Shown here in pieces: positions 23,401 through 36,850 of a DNA stretch of 64,000 nucleotides (positions within the stretch are counted from its first letter, which is position 1; each line of letters opens with the position of its first letter). The notes under the pieces were generated by a model. It was not told the DNA's origin and ran no database searches. It saw only the letters and a program-made list of their open reading frames with translations. The stretch is from Antedon mediterranea (lineage: Eukaryota; Animalia; Echinodermata): NCBI RefSeq assembly GCF_964355755.1, contig NC_092674.1, positions 7,688,001 to 7,752,000 of the forward strand, written 5' to 3'. Position numbers and translations under genes: made by a program.

Positions 23401-26400
23401 ACATCAACAGCATGAGTTGGTACAGGCTCTTGTTCCGGAATTGTTTCCGGAATTGGTTCTATGTATACGGGCTCAGCAGAAGAAATGACAAGAGCAGACA
23501 TATACATTTCATATGCACCTTGATCATTAACATGATCTTGTTTATGTTCGGGTTCTATGTATACTGGTTCAGCAGCAGAAAACGTGGAAACATTAGAATT
23601 AATGTTTTTATATTCACTTTGCTTTTCCAGATTTGCAACATCATTAACATGATCCTGTTCAGGCTCAGCGTATATGGGTTCAACAGAAGATGTGGCACCA
23701 CTAGCTTGAACACTTTCAAACTCATTGGGTTCATATTTTTTGTACAAACTTTGGTAATTTTTATCTTTTGCGTTTAGATCTTGTTGACGAGTAGAAGCTT
23801 TAGTAACCTCTGTTTTCGCGCTTGATTGTTTTAAACTAAAATAAAACAAAGAAATGAATACGATTAAGTCGATGGTTATTTTGAGTTTCTTCTTCTCCTT
23901 TTTTCTTGCAATGCCACCCCGAGTAAATTGTTATTTCAAAATTGGCAAAAAACTATATGACTGATACTTTACCGTTTCAATATTATCAAAGTGATAGTAA
24001 CTACGAAAACGGCCACAACTACTGAACCAATTACAACACCTATTACGTAACCTAAAAAGTAAAATATTACTGTACTTGAACATGGACACTTTTTATAAGG
24101 TATTCAATGTGAACGGGTCCGGTTTTCTTTTAAGTAAGTTTAACCCAATGTACAATTAACAAAAAATAACAACAATCCGAGTGGGAACGGTTAGATATTA
24201 AAACATTTTCCAATTCTTATGACTTTGGTTTATTCGTACTGAATGAAAATAAGAAAATTCCAAAAAGTAAAGTGTGTTGATTATTTCACTAACCTTCTAG
24301 TTTCTTTTTGTCTGAAAAAGTATTGTTAGTTGACGGATTACAATCAATCCCAAACAGAATTGTCTTTGTTTGAGACGTCGTATTAACGTTTAGATATGAA
24401 GCAAAAACTGTAAATGTATATTCTATACATTGCTCAATTCCGTCACCAAATATAACTTCTGTTTCTATTGTAATTCCTTGACGAAATATACCACCTGACA
24501 GTTCATAATGGTAGGTCACCTGATAGTCTGGAATGTCACATTTAGAAGCGTTCCATTTCACCAGTAAATGTGTTCTATTTGCAAATATATTACTTTCTAT
24601 CGATGGCTCTATATACAAATATAAGTAGAATTTGTAGGTCAAAGGTGCTCATTTTACTTTAAAACTTACAATATCAATATAACAAAATATAAAAAATATT
24701 TGTTTGTCATTTTTTTGTTTGTTTTTGACTTACCCTTATTAAAAAAAGTTTTTTTTAATGAAATTAATAAATAGGTATAAACAAAAACATAATGGGTTGA
24801 ATATATCATGTTTGCATATAGTGTTCAACAAACTAAGTAACTCAATTAGTGTATTTTGGCATCCGAAGTCTAACTTACCTGATGGTGCTGTTTGTATCAA
24901 TATGTCCTCTCCCCAATTACCAGCAATATCCATATTATTAACAATTCGAGCGTTTATTATATAATCAGTACAACGTGATAATCCTGATATTTCAACCTGT
25001 TTAGAACTGTTTGTTGTATTGACTACACCTTGTATATTTCCATCTCCATCCGAATACTGCACTTGATATCCAAGAATATAGTTACATTGAATTCGATCAT
25101 AATCACTAGATACAGGCTGAAAATAAAGTATACCATTAAATTACACTGTATTTCGTAATTGTATAATCATGTTGAATTAAAAAACAAACAAACAAATAAA
25201 TAAAAACAAATATAAAACTTTTGAGAATAATGTAACATTTATAAAAAATGTATTTAATTAATCCAACTGTTTCTTTGAATGATTGAATCCAATTATTTGG
25301 AGGTTTGGCATAACTTGGCATAACTAAATGAATGCTGATACTAATACCTTTAATTTTAAGATTATTTTTTTATCTTTCCTTGTTTTTATTGTTGTTACTG
25401 GTTCTACCAATGGTTCTATAGTAAGTAAAACATATTGCAATACATTAGGAATAAATTAAAAATATAATGAAGTAATAACATAGGCCTATAAATTATAAAT
25501 AAATAAAACAGCAAGAATAAAGTGTAAACCTATTTGTAATAGAAAAATATTTACGGGCACATTATTATTACTGAAGATATGTATAGTATTTTATTTCTGA
25601 TCGAGTAAGATTGCTTTTTGTTTTTAATTGATTGAAATGTTATTTTTAAAGTATACACATTCATTACATTATTTTTTTCTCTTAAAAATCAGGAAAGTGT
25701 TTGTTATTCCAGGTAAAGTGAAATTTAACTTTTTCCTGGTTAATTAATTTTGCCATAAATGATTTTTGTATAATTATGATAATGACTATTAAAACGGCGG
25801 TTTTTATTTAAAATTAACGTACATGGTATCTAGAAAAAATATATATTAATTACATTCGGTTATAGTAGGCGTTATTCTATTTTCAAATTTCAATATAATA
25901 AATAAAAATAAATAAAATGACATTTGGCTAGAATTTATGGGTGAATATGATCTGAGCATGCGTATAGAGATATCAGGTTATAGCAAGTAATCCTGAAAAA
26001 TAGTGCTTACTTGAACAAATCAATTTAGTGGATCCAACGTTACTTCTTGGTCCACCTGTCTGATTATTATAAACCATTCTAAAAAATTGTAATCTAAATT
26101 TTATTTTCGCATTTGGAATTAAGTTATCGATTATCAATAATTTATTCTTAATAGGAAAAGAGACAGAAGTCCATGTATCATTATATTCTGGCTTATACAA
26201 AAGCGTCCGTTTTATAATTGTTCCTGTTCCATAGTCTTCACCAGGAATCCAAGTGACGTCAAACGTCACGGTAGTTACTGTCTGCTCTACAATAGTTGGC
26301 GGTTCAGAACGATATGGTAATGCTAAGACAAAATAAAATACAGAATAATAAATATAAATAAATTCAAATATACAAATTACCTAGCCTATTACTATATAAT

Positions 26401-29400
26401 GACAAATATTTATTCTATACGAACTTATTATTTTCAAAGTTAAATTGTGTGTTTACTTAACAACATCTGAATACATTTTCTTCTGTATGCAATACAGTAT
26501 AATACTATAGGCCTACATTCATTTAAAAATTCAGAAAAAAAAGAAATATAAATAAAATCGAAATAAATGAAATAAATCGAATATAGGGCTGCTTTGTTTA
26601 TACTATTATTTGACAACCGAAAGTTTATACAATGTGTCCAGATAGAAATGTCTTGTACGGTACCGTATTTATTGTATGACTTGCCTACGTGGTGGGTGGA
26701 TACACCGCGAAGAAAAAATGAAAATGAAAATGAAAAAAGGGTAGAAAATTTGCAATAATTAAAAGTCCATAGCATAAACGAACAACAGCGGCGGAGAATG
26801 AATATTATACTAGTAGTAAATGTGTATCATAACAGTGTATGGTGTTACCTATGCTACAGTTTGGCCCGGCCCAAGCCTCATGGCATCCACTATCGCAACT
26901 TCCATCTCGAGTACAATTTTCAGAGTCTTTGCAGTGACACTGGAAATTACACAAATCACCAAAGAATCCGGATGAACATGACACATGCTCTACTGTAGTG
27001 TAACAAAGCAATAAACCAATGTGATGTGAATATATATCAAAGTATGCTGTGTTATAATAAAGTACATTCTTTGTTGGAGTCTAGATTTAGACAGACATTG
27101 ATGTTCGTATTTTGTGGCAAAATAATGGGTGGACTTGTAAGAGGCCACGCGTGTTAGAAATTCTGGTTAATTATCTACCACATGAGTATTTCTTAGTTTG
27201 TCAATATGTATAGTATACATTCTTATAGGTCATGTCAAGTTCATATTGGTACACTCAGTATAGATATTTTTGGAATCATAACTGGTAAATGCAGCGTTAA
27301 TTATGCCTATAACTAGATAATGTATACATAATTTAGTAACTACAAAATACTACCGAGACATCCTTCTCCGGTGTAACCGTCTAAACACATTGACTTAGTC
27401 CTACATCCACTCGTTGTATCACAATGTTCGCTGTCACAGTGACAAACTTGCCGGCAATCAGCTCCATAGAAACCTGTGTCACACACTATAAACAGATGTT
27501 TTATACAATGCAGAGACAACAATTATGTAATTATGTCACAGATAATTATAATACAAAAATTAATAAATATTCATACCTGAACTTAAATAACATGATACAT
27601 ATTTGTAATGACAATAAAGACACCTATTATATTTAATTAATACGATGATGACAACGTAAAAATCAACGAATATTGTAATCATGAATTACAATTATTAACA
27701 ACAAATGAATAAGTAGTAACCATTATAACATATTATTTCCTCTTAAAATGCATTGATGCATGCAAAACTATATTTATATTATTTAAATGTTAACCTGTAT
27801 TGCAATCATTTCCTCCAAAACCATTGTGGCATGTACAACCAACTGGATCAGGTGGAGATAAAACAATTCCTGTGCAATTTCCTCCAACAGAACACACAAA
27901 GTTGCAGTCACGACCCCAGTCGTTATATCCACAACCTTTAATAAATCAAATAAAATGGGTAAGTATATATAGGCCTACGTACGTAGGAATAAGCTAATCA
28001 ATCGACCTAAATCATCTGAATTATTAAATAATCTAAATAATTAAATGATAAATAATAATAATGATTAATAATAATAATAATAATTAATTAATGATAATAA
28101 TTAAATAATAATAATAATTAAATAATAATAATAATAATATTTATTTATTTTTATTTTATGTCTTTAGGGAATGTGGCCAAGGATTACCAATAGTGAATTA
28201 ATCACTGTCCTATCAGATAGGTGGTAATCCCCTTGATACAGGGGCTATTGTGTGAACCAGTTCACCGGGGTAACCCCCTAATAATAATAATAAAAATAAT
28301 AATAATAATACACACGTACATCCAAATTATATATTATCAAAACAAAATTCAACATTATTTTGTGTATTTAAGCTTAAGAAATAAATTTTAATTATTAATT
28401 ATTACGTACTTTTAAGGAGCAAATGCAATACCTTGTTTGCAAGACGTTCCTTTAAATCCTGCTGTGCAAATACAGACACCCGTCTTATCGTCACATACTC
28501 CGCCATTATAACATACGGGACAGTCCATTTCACAGTCTGGAGGATTCCACTTTGGCGAGGGACAAGCTAAATACAATATGAATAATTAAACAGTGCCAAA
28601 ATGATATCTAATAATACTGTATAAATAGACAAATAAAGGTTTCAAGATTATAACAGATTACAACAAAATCCAATAAACAAATAGGCCTTATATCTTTAAT
28701 TAGTATACAGTGAGTGATGGATAAAATAAATTATTTCAGGAACGAGGATGCTAATTGTAATAAACTTCTGAGTTAAGTAACTTTAGATAAAAACATTGAG
28801 AAGTCAAATTTATTTTGTAAAATACACATTATAGATGAGAACTGCATTACAAAATTATCAATAATAAGCCCTTCTACAATATAAACAAACATATATTAAT
28901 AACCATTCTTCTATGGGAAAGGTTGTAGCAATCAATAATTTTATAAACGTAATGTACCTCTAACAATAAGTCTCATGATACCATGGTTACCATCAGGGCT
29001 ATCACCTGTAAAACATTCATCATCTTTCATTCGTATGTTTTCAATCACAGCAGACGTATTGCTCCTCAGATGGTCTATTTCCTCACCGTAATTATGTCTC
29101 CAACGTAGATCGTCAAGATCAGTACCTTCACTGAGATTGATAGTGACATACTCTCCTATACCGACTGTTATTGTTCTGTACTCCATTCTAATTACAGCTG
29201 TAAAGAATAAGAGATAAAAATGTGGTTTTAGAAAAAGAGTAAATTTTAATAGTTAAAATAATGGTATTAGGTTCCATTACGATCTATCTGAACTTACTCA
29301 CCGGAATCGGATGTCAAGACAATGGCTGAATCTGTAACTACTTCGCCTTTCTTTGCTTCAAATGAAAAAACTCCAACTCTATCATCAGGTTGTAAGTCAG

Positions 29401-30701
29401 CAACACCTAGAAACGTGTGGTAGATGGAAGTTTGGAATTCAATCTTGCTATTTGTGTTAAAGATTTTACCATTGGGCATACTTTTCTCTTGTTGTTGTCC
29501 AGTATTGTTATGAGGCTTAGTATCATTCCAAGTCACTTTATCTCTCCCATCAATATTCTTGTACAATATTCCAACTGATAAATCTCTGATGTCTTTGTCC
29601 TCTTGAATTGCGTATCCTCGAAACCTGCGTTTACCACTATATCTGGACGTCAATGGTGTATTAGAATACATGGTTATATCTAATGGATCTTCACAAAGAG
29701 ATATATAAATAATGTTTGAATTATTATACAAATATAATTAATACTCTTAAAAAAGTATAATACAAATATGAATACTATTAAATATAAATACTTTAAGTAC
29801 AAATATTGTTATGGATAAACTTGGTATGTAAATATTTTTATTAAAGTGGTTTTGAACAACAAACAAAAACTGAATATCTAATTGGGCGAGAAAACACATG
29901 GTAGAAAATTATTATTATTTTTCATTTTTTTTATTTTAATAATATCCTTTAACTTTTATCTAATTTATATTATTTTTATCCAATATTCTAAGTGAAGATA
30001 ACTGGATAAATTGATAATAATAATTGATATCCGTTTTTGTATGTAACTCTGACATATTGTATACTAGGCCTTTTGTTCAACTTCAATGGGTATTTTATTT
30101 TACGATTGCAAAAGTTTCAATAAATGAATGAATAAAACAATTAAGCGGATTGTGTAACAATATAAAATCTAAACAATGGAATTAACTTGATTATATTATT
30201 TGATTTTTCCTTTAATGGTTTAAAAAAATTGTATTTCTGAAATAAACACATTTCGGTAATATAATAAATGTCGTAATACGTCCACATCTTTGACTGTCCA
30301 TATTCTTTCGTACCGATTTATAATGCTTAAGAGATTGGGCATTTTGTACATCATAGGCAACTTATTCTACTAATCAATAGAGGTGTCTATGAATGATAAT
30401 CTACTATGTATTAGGCCTACCTGTTTTTAGTTTATATATTGACTTTCTTGTTTAAATAAATTTATTCTTCAGGCATTTATCAAGTCAATATAAATCATAT
30501 TACTGCTATCAATTGACATACCCTTTCGACTAAAATAATCCAAGGAGTCCATTAAATACGTCCTACTAGACTATATAACTCATAACAATAAATGAAGAAA
30601 GAGAAAGAGATTGTTCTAACCTTTCAAGACATACCTGATAATCCTAATTGCCACAAACAAAGACTTAAGATAAAAAGCTGAAAGCTTGTATAGAGAAACA
30701 T
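20427..30701 (-). CDS. Tie-like-ectodomain / PTP-D2 receptor, copy B (complete, 19 exons, ~1183 aa)
   Basis: Same exons as copy A (ATG 30701), plus PTP exons 21947-21693 (FIVTQTP..DFWRLVFDY), 21467-21325 (WPKNEPVP..VHC), 21100-20965 (MNDFGRSG..VDVFQTLKTLR) and 20501-20427 (VQYSYCYDAALCYLKMYEEYANVK*). The summed exon length is a multiple of 3. It carries a 9-bp in-frame deletion in the Ig exon. Confidence 0.87.
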
Positions 30702-31774
30702 CTCTACTCCTGCCCTACTAACCACTATATGGGTGGTCCTCAGTTGTACTCCGTATGAATGCAACGTTCGTCAGTAAATACAATATCGTTTCCTTGTATG
30801 TACGTTTATGTTCAACCAAGGTTCCTGTTTCTTCAATTCCTGAGACCCGATGATTATTTTAATAGCTTAAAATAATTCCTTAGTTTTGATCGAGGGTTAA
30901 ACATAATAGTTCGTTCTTTTTTAGTGCTCTACAAGCAAGCTTTTCTAAGCGCTGAACATTATTACCCCAGTCATTTTTCGGATCAAACACGTATGTAAAC
31001 ATATTCCCATAATTCAGCTATAGTAATCAGCTCAAAGTTGTGTTTTGATCTAACCGGGTACCCATTTATACACCTGGGTGGAGAGGCAAACGTAAGTAAA
31101 GAGTAAAGTATCTTGTCTAATGATACAAGCAATGCGGCGAGAGTTGGATTCGAACCTCGGTCTCACGATCACTAGTCCAACTTCCAACACCATGCGCCAC
31201 ACGCCCTCACATGCACTGTACGTAGTTTAATTTTGAATAGTTCTTGGTTATAAATATAATATCATTTCCTTCTTGTGATGTATGTTCGTCAACGTTTTAT
31301 GTTTAAACAAGTTTCTTGTTCTTCCAATTCCAGAAACTGAACACAGATGATTATTATAATAATATCTAAATTGTTTCCTTAAGATAAGATCTATCTTATC
31401 TAAATATAAATTCTTCCTTTTAACATCGGTTTCCATCTTCGATCATCTTGTTACCTCGTCCTCCTTCCACCTCACCTATCCTCAGCCCCTCAGATAATTA
31501 AGGAATCATTGTAAATAAAATTCAAATACAATATTTAAAGTTGAAATAGAGGAACGACTTCCTCCAAACTCGACCATTATGATTGGTACCACATTGTATG
31601 TGGCGTTCACAACTTGGAATCAAAGGTAACATAGGGCAGCATGGTAACAATTAAAAAAAATTAAGAAAAAAAAACACTCCTCATGCACACAAATAACATA
31701 CTACGTTTTAGTCTTTCGCACATTATTTATACATTGTTTTGATCTTCATGTTGTTTAGGATCAAAGGTCAGGAA

Positions 31775-32592
31775 TGTTACAGCTTGAGTACGACGCATTT
31801 GGCGTCCCATACTTTATTTTTAAATTACCTTTCTTGCTTCTCATGTTACCGAGGTTACTGTGTTGTTTTCTCCGAAAGTGAGCAGTCATCTTCACCATGT
31901 TTCATTCCAAAAGGCATAGTCACAGATAGATGTATGTTTTTATATGCTTTTAATTATTATCATACATTTAATTAATAACTTAGGAATCATATGACGTAAG
32001 ATTTAGTATTTGTAACTTTATAGTTTTCTTTATTTTGTAAGTTTAAGTTTCGATCATCCTTGATTGTTACCATCCATTGTGTACAGCGTTATGCTAGCCT
32101 AAAGGATGCGATTAGCGCTGTTCGCCCGACTATATAGATTAGTTGGAAGCTTTAATTATTTATAACTTTATATATTATGATTGACATTCATCGTATTCTG
32201 TGGTAGATTTACCCACGATATTGTAGTTTATGTGATCAACATTTTAGTAGTTCATGTGTAGTTAGTTTAGCTATGTAATTGGAAACTTATATTTCAATAT
32301 AGAATTCTTCATGGATAGACCATGTGAGTTATCACGGCGTGCAGAATTATGTTCGTTACGCTTGACTGAGCACAAGTAGTGCGCAGCTGCAGAATAGGCC
32401 AATAAGATTGTTTATATGTTATATAAAGGAATTGACTATAGAAATCATCAGTATGTACAATACAGTGCTTAATTAGTATTTTGATGTTAATTCTTGTTTA
32501 TTTTTTCTATTAAATTTCAGTTAAAACCGTTTGACACAATAACGCGTTACAAGTTTCTGTTATTTGCCTTTTACACGTGACTGGAGGTCACA
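31775..32592 (+). repeat. 5' LTR
   Basis: tgttacagc...ggaggtcaca; only two mismatches to the 3' LTR noticed by eye. Confidence 0.96.
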
Positions 32593-32636
32593 TTTTAAGT
32601 TTTAAATCTTTGTGAGTGGAAACTTGCAAGAATACG

Positions 32637-35600
32637 ATGTCACAAGCGGGATCGTCAGTGAGCAGGAGTGGTAGTCATGTGAGCATAAGCCATGCTCGTG
32701 CGAGAGCTGATTTGGCCATGGCAAAGGCACGTGTTGAATTTGCTAAGAAGAAAGTTTCTCTATTAAGAATCAAAGCTATAGCTGAGGCAGACGTTCAACT
32801 GTTAAAAGCAGAAGAAGATGAGGCAGTTTGAGATAGTGCAATCACCACTCAACTCAATAATTCAAAGTCATCAATGGCAGTTAACGGAAATGCGACACGA
32901 GTAGGTCTAGCTGTAGTACCTGTCAAAGTAAGGTGCCCAGGAACCAGAAAGACAATCAAAACGTACGCATTTCTGGACAATGGATCAACTGCAACCTTCT
33001 GCACAGACGCCCTAGCTCACAAATTAAATGCGAAAGGCAAGAGAGTCCAGTTAAAATTAACCACAGTAAACGGTCAATCATCATCGGAATGCAACCTCAT
33101 CTCATTAGAAATTTCAACCCTGAATGGTGATGCAGTCTTTACAGCACCAAACGTTCACACAAAACCAAAATTGCCAGTCTTAAAAAGTGCAATTGCCACG
33201 ATAGATGATATTAAGAATTGGGTGCACCTGGAAGGGGTAAACATAGATACCATTGATGCAAATGTTGATTTGCTGATTGGGGGAGACCTACCAGAACTAC
33301 ACCAACCATATGAAGTGAAACCAGCTATGAATGGTGGGCCATACGCCACACGAACAGCTCTTGGTTGGGTTGTGAATGGTCCGTTGACTTCAACTAGATG
33401 CCAAGTTCAAAACTGCAATTTTATCTGTGCAGAACCACTGGAAGAGCAGTTTAAGCAATTTTGTAACATTGAGTTCAATGATATCCCAACTGAGAAGACA
33501 GTTATGTCTCGGAACGACCTTCAAGCACTACAGATGATGCAAGCATCGACTAAATTCAAAAACGGCCATTACCAAGTATCGATGCCATGGAAAAGCCCAC
33601 CTGAGGAATTTCCAAACAACAAGGCTGTGGCGCTGAAAAGACTCAATCTTCTAAAATCTAGGCTGATCAAGGACAGTACACTTCACACGAAGTACACAAA
33701 ATTTATGAACGACCTGTTGTTAAAGGGCTACGCGGAAAAGGCGTTGCAGAAAGACCAACCTAGATGGTATTTGCCGCACCATCCGGTGTTGAACCCACAA
33801 AAGCCAGGAAAGGTTCGAGTAGTGTTCGATGGGTCAGCTAAGTATCAAGGTGTTTGCTTAAATGATAAACTTTACCAAGGTCCTGATCTTACAAACACAT
33901 TAGTCGGCGTACTACTGCGCTTTCGTCTGGGACCCATCGCCTTTGCAGCGGACATCGAAAAGATGTTCTACCAAGTAAAGGTTGGAGAGACTGATAGTCA
34001 CTACCTATCATACTTATGGTGGGAAGACGGCAATCTGAATATGAACCCACAAGAGTACCAGATGGTTGTACATCTTTTCGGAGGAAAATCTTCACCTAGT
34101 TGTTCCAATTTTGCTCTCCGGAAGGTTGCCAAAGACCATGCGGAAGATTTCGATCCTGTTGTAACTAACGCAGTCAACAACAACTTTTACGTAGACGACT
34201 GTCTCAAATCCGTAGACAGCGAAGAGACAGCCATTGAGCTTGCCAAGGGATTAAAGAATTTGCTGACTCGTGGAGGTTTCAACTTGACCAAGTGGGTCTC
34301 AAACTCCAACCCACTTGTATCCACGCTCACAGACAGTGGACAGAATGCTTCAACATCATTGTTTGGAGGGGAACAACAAAGAGCACTGGGAGTACACTGG
34401 TTTGTAAAACAAGATGCACTTGGTTACGTTATTTCTCCAAAGAAGCAACCCAGCACAAGAAGGGGAATTTTGTCTGTAGTAGCATCCGTCTACGACCCTC
34501 TAGGACTAATAACACCATTCATATTAAAGGCAAAGCTGCTACTCCGATAACTGTGTTTGATTGGATGCAAATGGGACGAACCTATTCCAGTAGAACTACA
34601 GATTAAATGGCATGAATGGTTAAAGGAACTTCAGAGTCTCGATAAGTTGAACATTCGACGTTGCTACAAACCATCAGATTTCGGCAACGTCACGTATAGA
34701 GAGTTACATCATTTTGGAGATGCATCATCCACGAGCTATGGAGCTGCATCCTACCTTTACCAGAAGGACGAGTGTGGAAACGTATGCGGGACCCTTGTGA
34801 CTGCGAAGTCAAGACTTGCTCCGGTCAAGACCCAGACAATTCCTAGATTGGAACTACAAGCAGCTGTCCTGGCAAGTCGCCTTGACAGAATCATTCGAGA
34901 AGAGCTGCATGAAATAAAAATCGATAGAACAGTTTGTTGGACAGACAGCACATGCGTGTTGAGATATTTGAACAATGAAGAAACGAGATTCAAGACATTT
35001 GTTGGGAATAGAGTGACAACAATTCTTAATCAAACAACTAAGGAACAGTGGCGACACGTCAGTTCCGCTCAAAATCCAGCCGATCTAGCCTCACGCGGAA
35101 TGTCTGCAGAGGATATGATGACAAGTGAAATGTGGTTCACTGGTCCCAGTTTCTTGATGGAAGATGAAAGTGAATGGCCTCAAATGCCTACCGACTTTAT
35201 TACTATCGTAGAAGATCCAGAAGTAAAAACTGTAAACGCTGTAACCGTTAAATTAGATGACGACAGAATAAATGACCTCATCAACCGCTTTTCAAGTTGG
35301 ACCAAGTTGATAAAGGTTTTTGCTTGGATACTACGATGGCGACGCAGAGTAAAGAACAAAGGTACCAACATTAACAGTTTCATATCCGTTGATGAGTGGA
35401 AAAACGCTGAGACAGTAATTTTCAGATACATACAAAATCAAGCACTTCACTCTGAAGTTAACCATCTCCAAACCAATCAACAAGTCAAGAAGGGTAGCTC
35501 TCTCATAAAGCTAGATCCAATTGTAATGAACGGTTTGATGCGAGTAGGTGGTAGATTGAAAAGATCTGAAATTAGTGATGCAGCAAAACATCAAATTATC

Positions 35601-36743
35601 CTTCCAAAGAATCACCATGTAACCTTACTTATCCTACGACACTATCATGCTATTTCCGGACATTCTGGCGTAGAGCATACACTGGCGGCGATACGTCAAC
35701 GATTCTGGCCGATCGGTGGAAGAGTAAATTTGAAGTCAGTTGTTCGCCGATGTGTGAAGTGCCGTAAGAATACAGCGCCAGTAATGCAACAAAAGATGTC
35801 CGATCTACCAGCTGATCGCGTTAAATCTACACCACCATTTACCAACATTGGAGTGGACTGTTTCGGTCCATTTTATGTGAGACAAGGAAGGTCAAGTGTT
35901 AAAAGATACGGAATCATCTTCACTTGCTTAACTGTCAGAGCAGTTCACCTTGAATTATCAAGCTCCTTGGACACTACCTCGTTTATTAACGCTTTAAGGA
36001 GATTTATTGCCAGAAGAGGAACTCCAGTAGAGATTCGCTCTGACAATGGAGGAAATTTTGTCAAGGGGAATAAGGAGTTAAAGGCTGCAATTGAACTGTG
36101 GAATCAAGACCAAATTCACCAATACCTCCTGCAACGACATATTGTGTGGAAATTTAACCCTCCTCTAGCCTCTCACTTCGGCGGAGTGTGGGAAAGGTGT
36201 ATTCGAACAGTACGTAAAGTTTTAAGTGGATTAATACAGGAACAAATATTGAAGGAGGAAGGATTAAGAACCCTGTTTTGTGAGGTAGAAAGCATTATCA
36301 ATAATCGACCACTTACAAAGGTGTCTGATGATCCGAAGGATAGCGAGCCATTGACTCCGAATCACCTATTGCTGTTACGCACAGGTTCTCAACTACCACC
36401 AGCAACACTTACGCAAGATGATGCTCATGTAACCAGGCGCTGGCGGCAAGTTCAGTACCTGGCCGACTTATTTTGGCGTAGATGGAAACGAGAGTACCTG
36501 CCCTCTCTACAGGAAAGGCGCAAATGGCATCACAAGCATGGAAACCTCAAGGTCGGTGACGTTGTAATCGTTGCGAATGAGTTAACTCCACGGAATTCAT
36601 GGCCGCTGGCAGTTGTCGTGGAAGTATACACAAGCACTGCAGATGGTCTTGTTAGATCTGCTAAAGTGAAGACTAAAATGTCAACTCTCGTTAGACCAAT
36701 CTCAAAATTGGTATCGCTTGAAGTCGCAAGTGATTTGTTTTAA
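32637..36743 (+). pseudogene. pol: BEL/Pao polyprotein (short N-terminal stub-PR-RT-RNase H-IN) with two in-frame stops
   Basis: Single frame throughout; stops at 32829-31 (TGA) and 34548-50 (TAA). Motifs: AFLDNGS (protease), YLPHHPV, ADIEKMF, FYVDD (RT), HFGDAS/NPADLASRG (RNase H), HSG..CVKC, GVDCFGP, SDNGGNF, GGVWER (integrase). Confidence 0.93.
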
Positions 36744-36850
36744 GATATGAACTTTATGAACCTTTATTTTAATCTTTATGTAGTTAGTGTAACTCAAGCT
36801 TATTGTTTGAATTTGTAAAGGCTGGTTAGTGGCGCCTTTAGGGGCCGGTG

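Noticed and set aside
20427-30701. Assigning gene symbol TEK/TIE1 or PTPRA
   Set aside because: No kinase domain and no D1; similarity is domain-level only and orthology was not tested.
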